Positions 33,459 to 33,655 of a stretch of 33,655 nt of DNA are shown piece by piece (the first letter of the stretch is position 1; each line of letters begins with the position of its first letter). Under the pieces are notes generated by a model, which was not told the origin of the DNA, did no database searches, and saw only the letters and a list, made by a program, of their open reading frames with translations. The position numbers and the translations under genes were made by a program. Origin of the DNA: Octopus bimaculoides (lineage: Eukaryota); the NCBI RefSeq assembly GCF_001194135.2, contig NC_068987.1:9540136-9573790 (forward strand). Reading direction: 5' to 3'.

Positions 33459-33655
33459 GCTGTATAAATATATATATGTGTGTATATGTATATATGTATT
33501 TGCACGTGCATATATTTGAGTATATGTATATATACATGTCATATATGTACACATACAGGCATGTATATACATATCTATCTATCTATATATATGTGTGTGT
33601 GTACATTATATATATATGTACATTATAGATATGTATCATATATATATTTATATAT
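33360..33655. repeat. (TA)/(TG) low-complexity tract
   Basis: Directly visible. Confidence 0.95.

Noticed and set aside
22591-33628. His/Thr-, Tyr/Ile- and Cys/Val-rich ORFs
   Set aside because: Translations of microsatellites.

Overview
AT-rich, microsatellite- and SINE-dense eukaryotic DNA with three assembly gaps. The repeat families look like those of Octopus; this is recognition from memory, not a database result. The window lies inside one + strand gene, a MED25 (Mediator subunit 25) orthologue. Three exons (429-531, 1411-1576, 1925-2080) splice in frame into most of the ACID/PTOV activator-binding domain. Four further exons (8788-8853, 18750-18839, 28505-28579, 33225-33327) start in phase 0 and encode a Q/M/G/P-rich region. 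The gene starts and ends outside the window. The introns hold several SINE families, hAT, piggyBac-type and Tc1/mariner MITEs, a fossil Hsmar1-like mariner transposase, two decayed Penelope-like elements, a LINE tail with three zinc fingers and a long fold-back hairpin. Almost all listed six-frame ORFs are microsatellite, repeat or N-gap artefacts, and the real exons are mostly missed or buried in them. I found no convincing wholly new biological system. The best leads are splice modularity of MED25 after the ACID domain, dsRNA-forming intronic structures and unusual transposon architectures.
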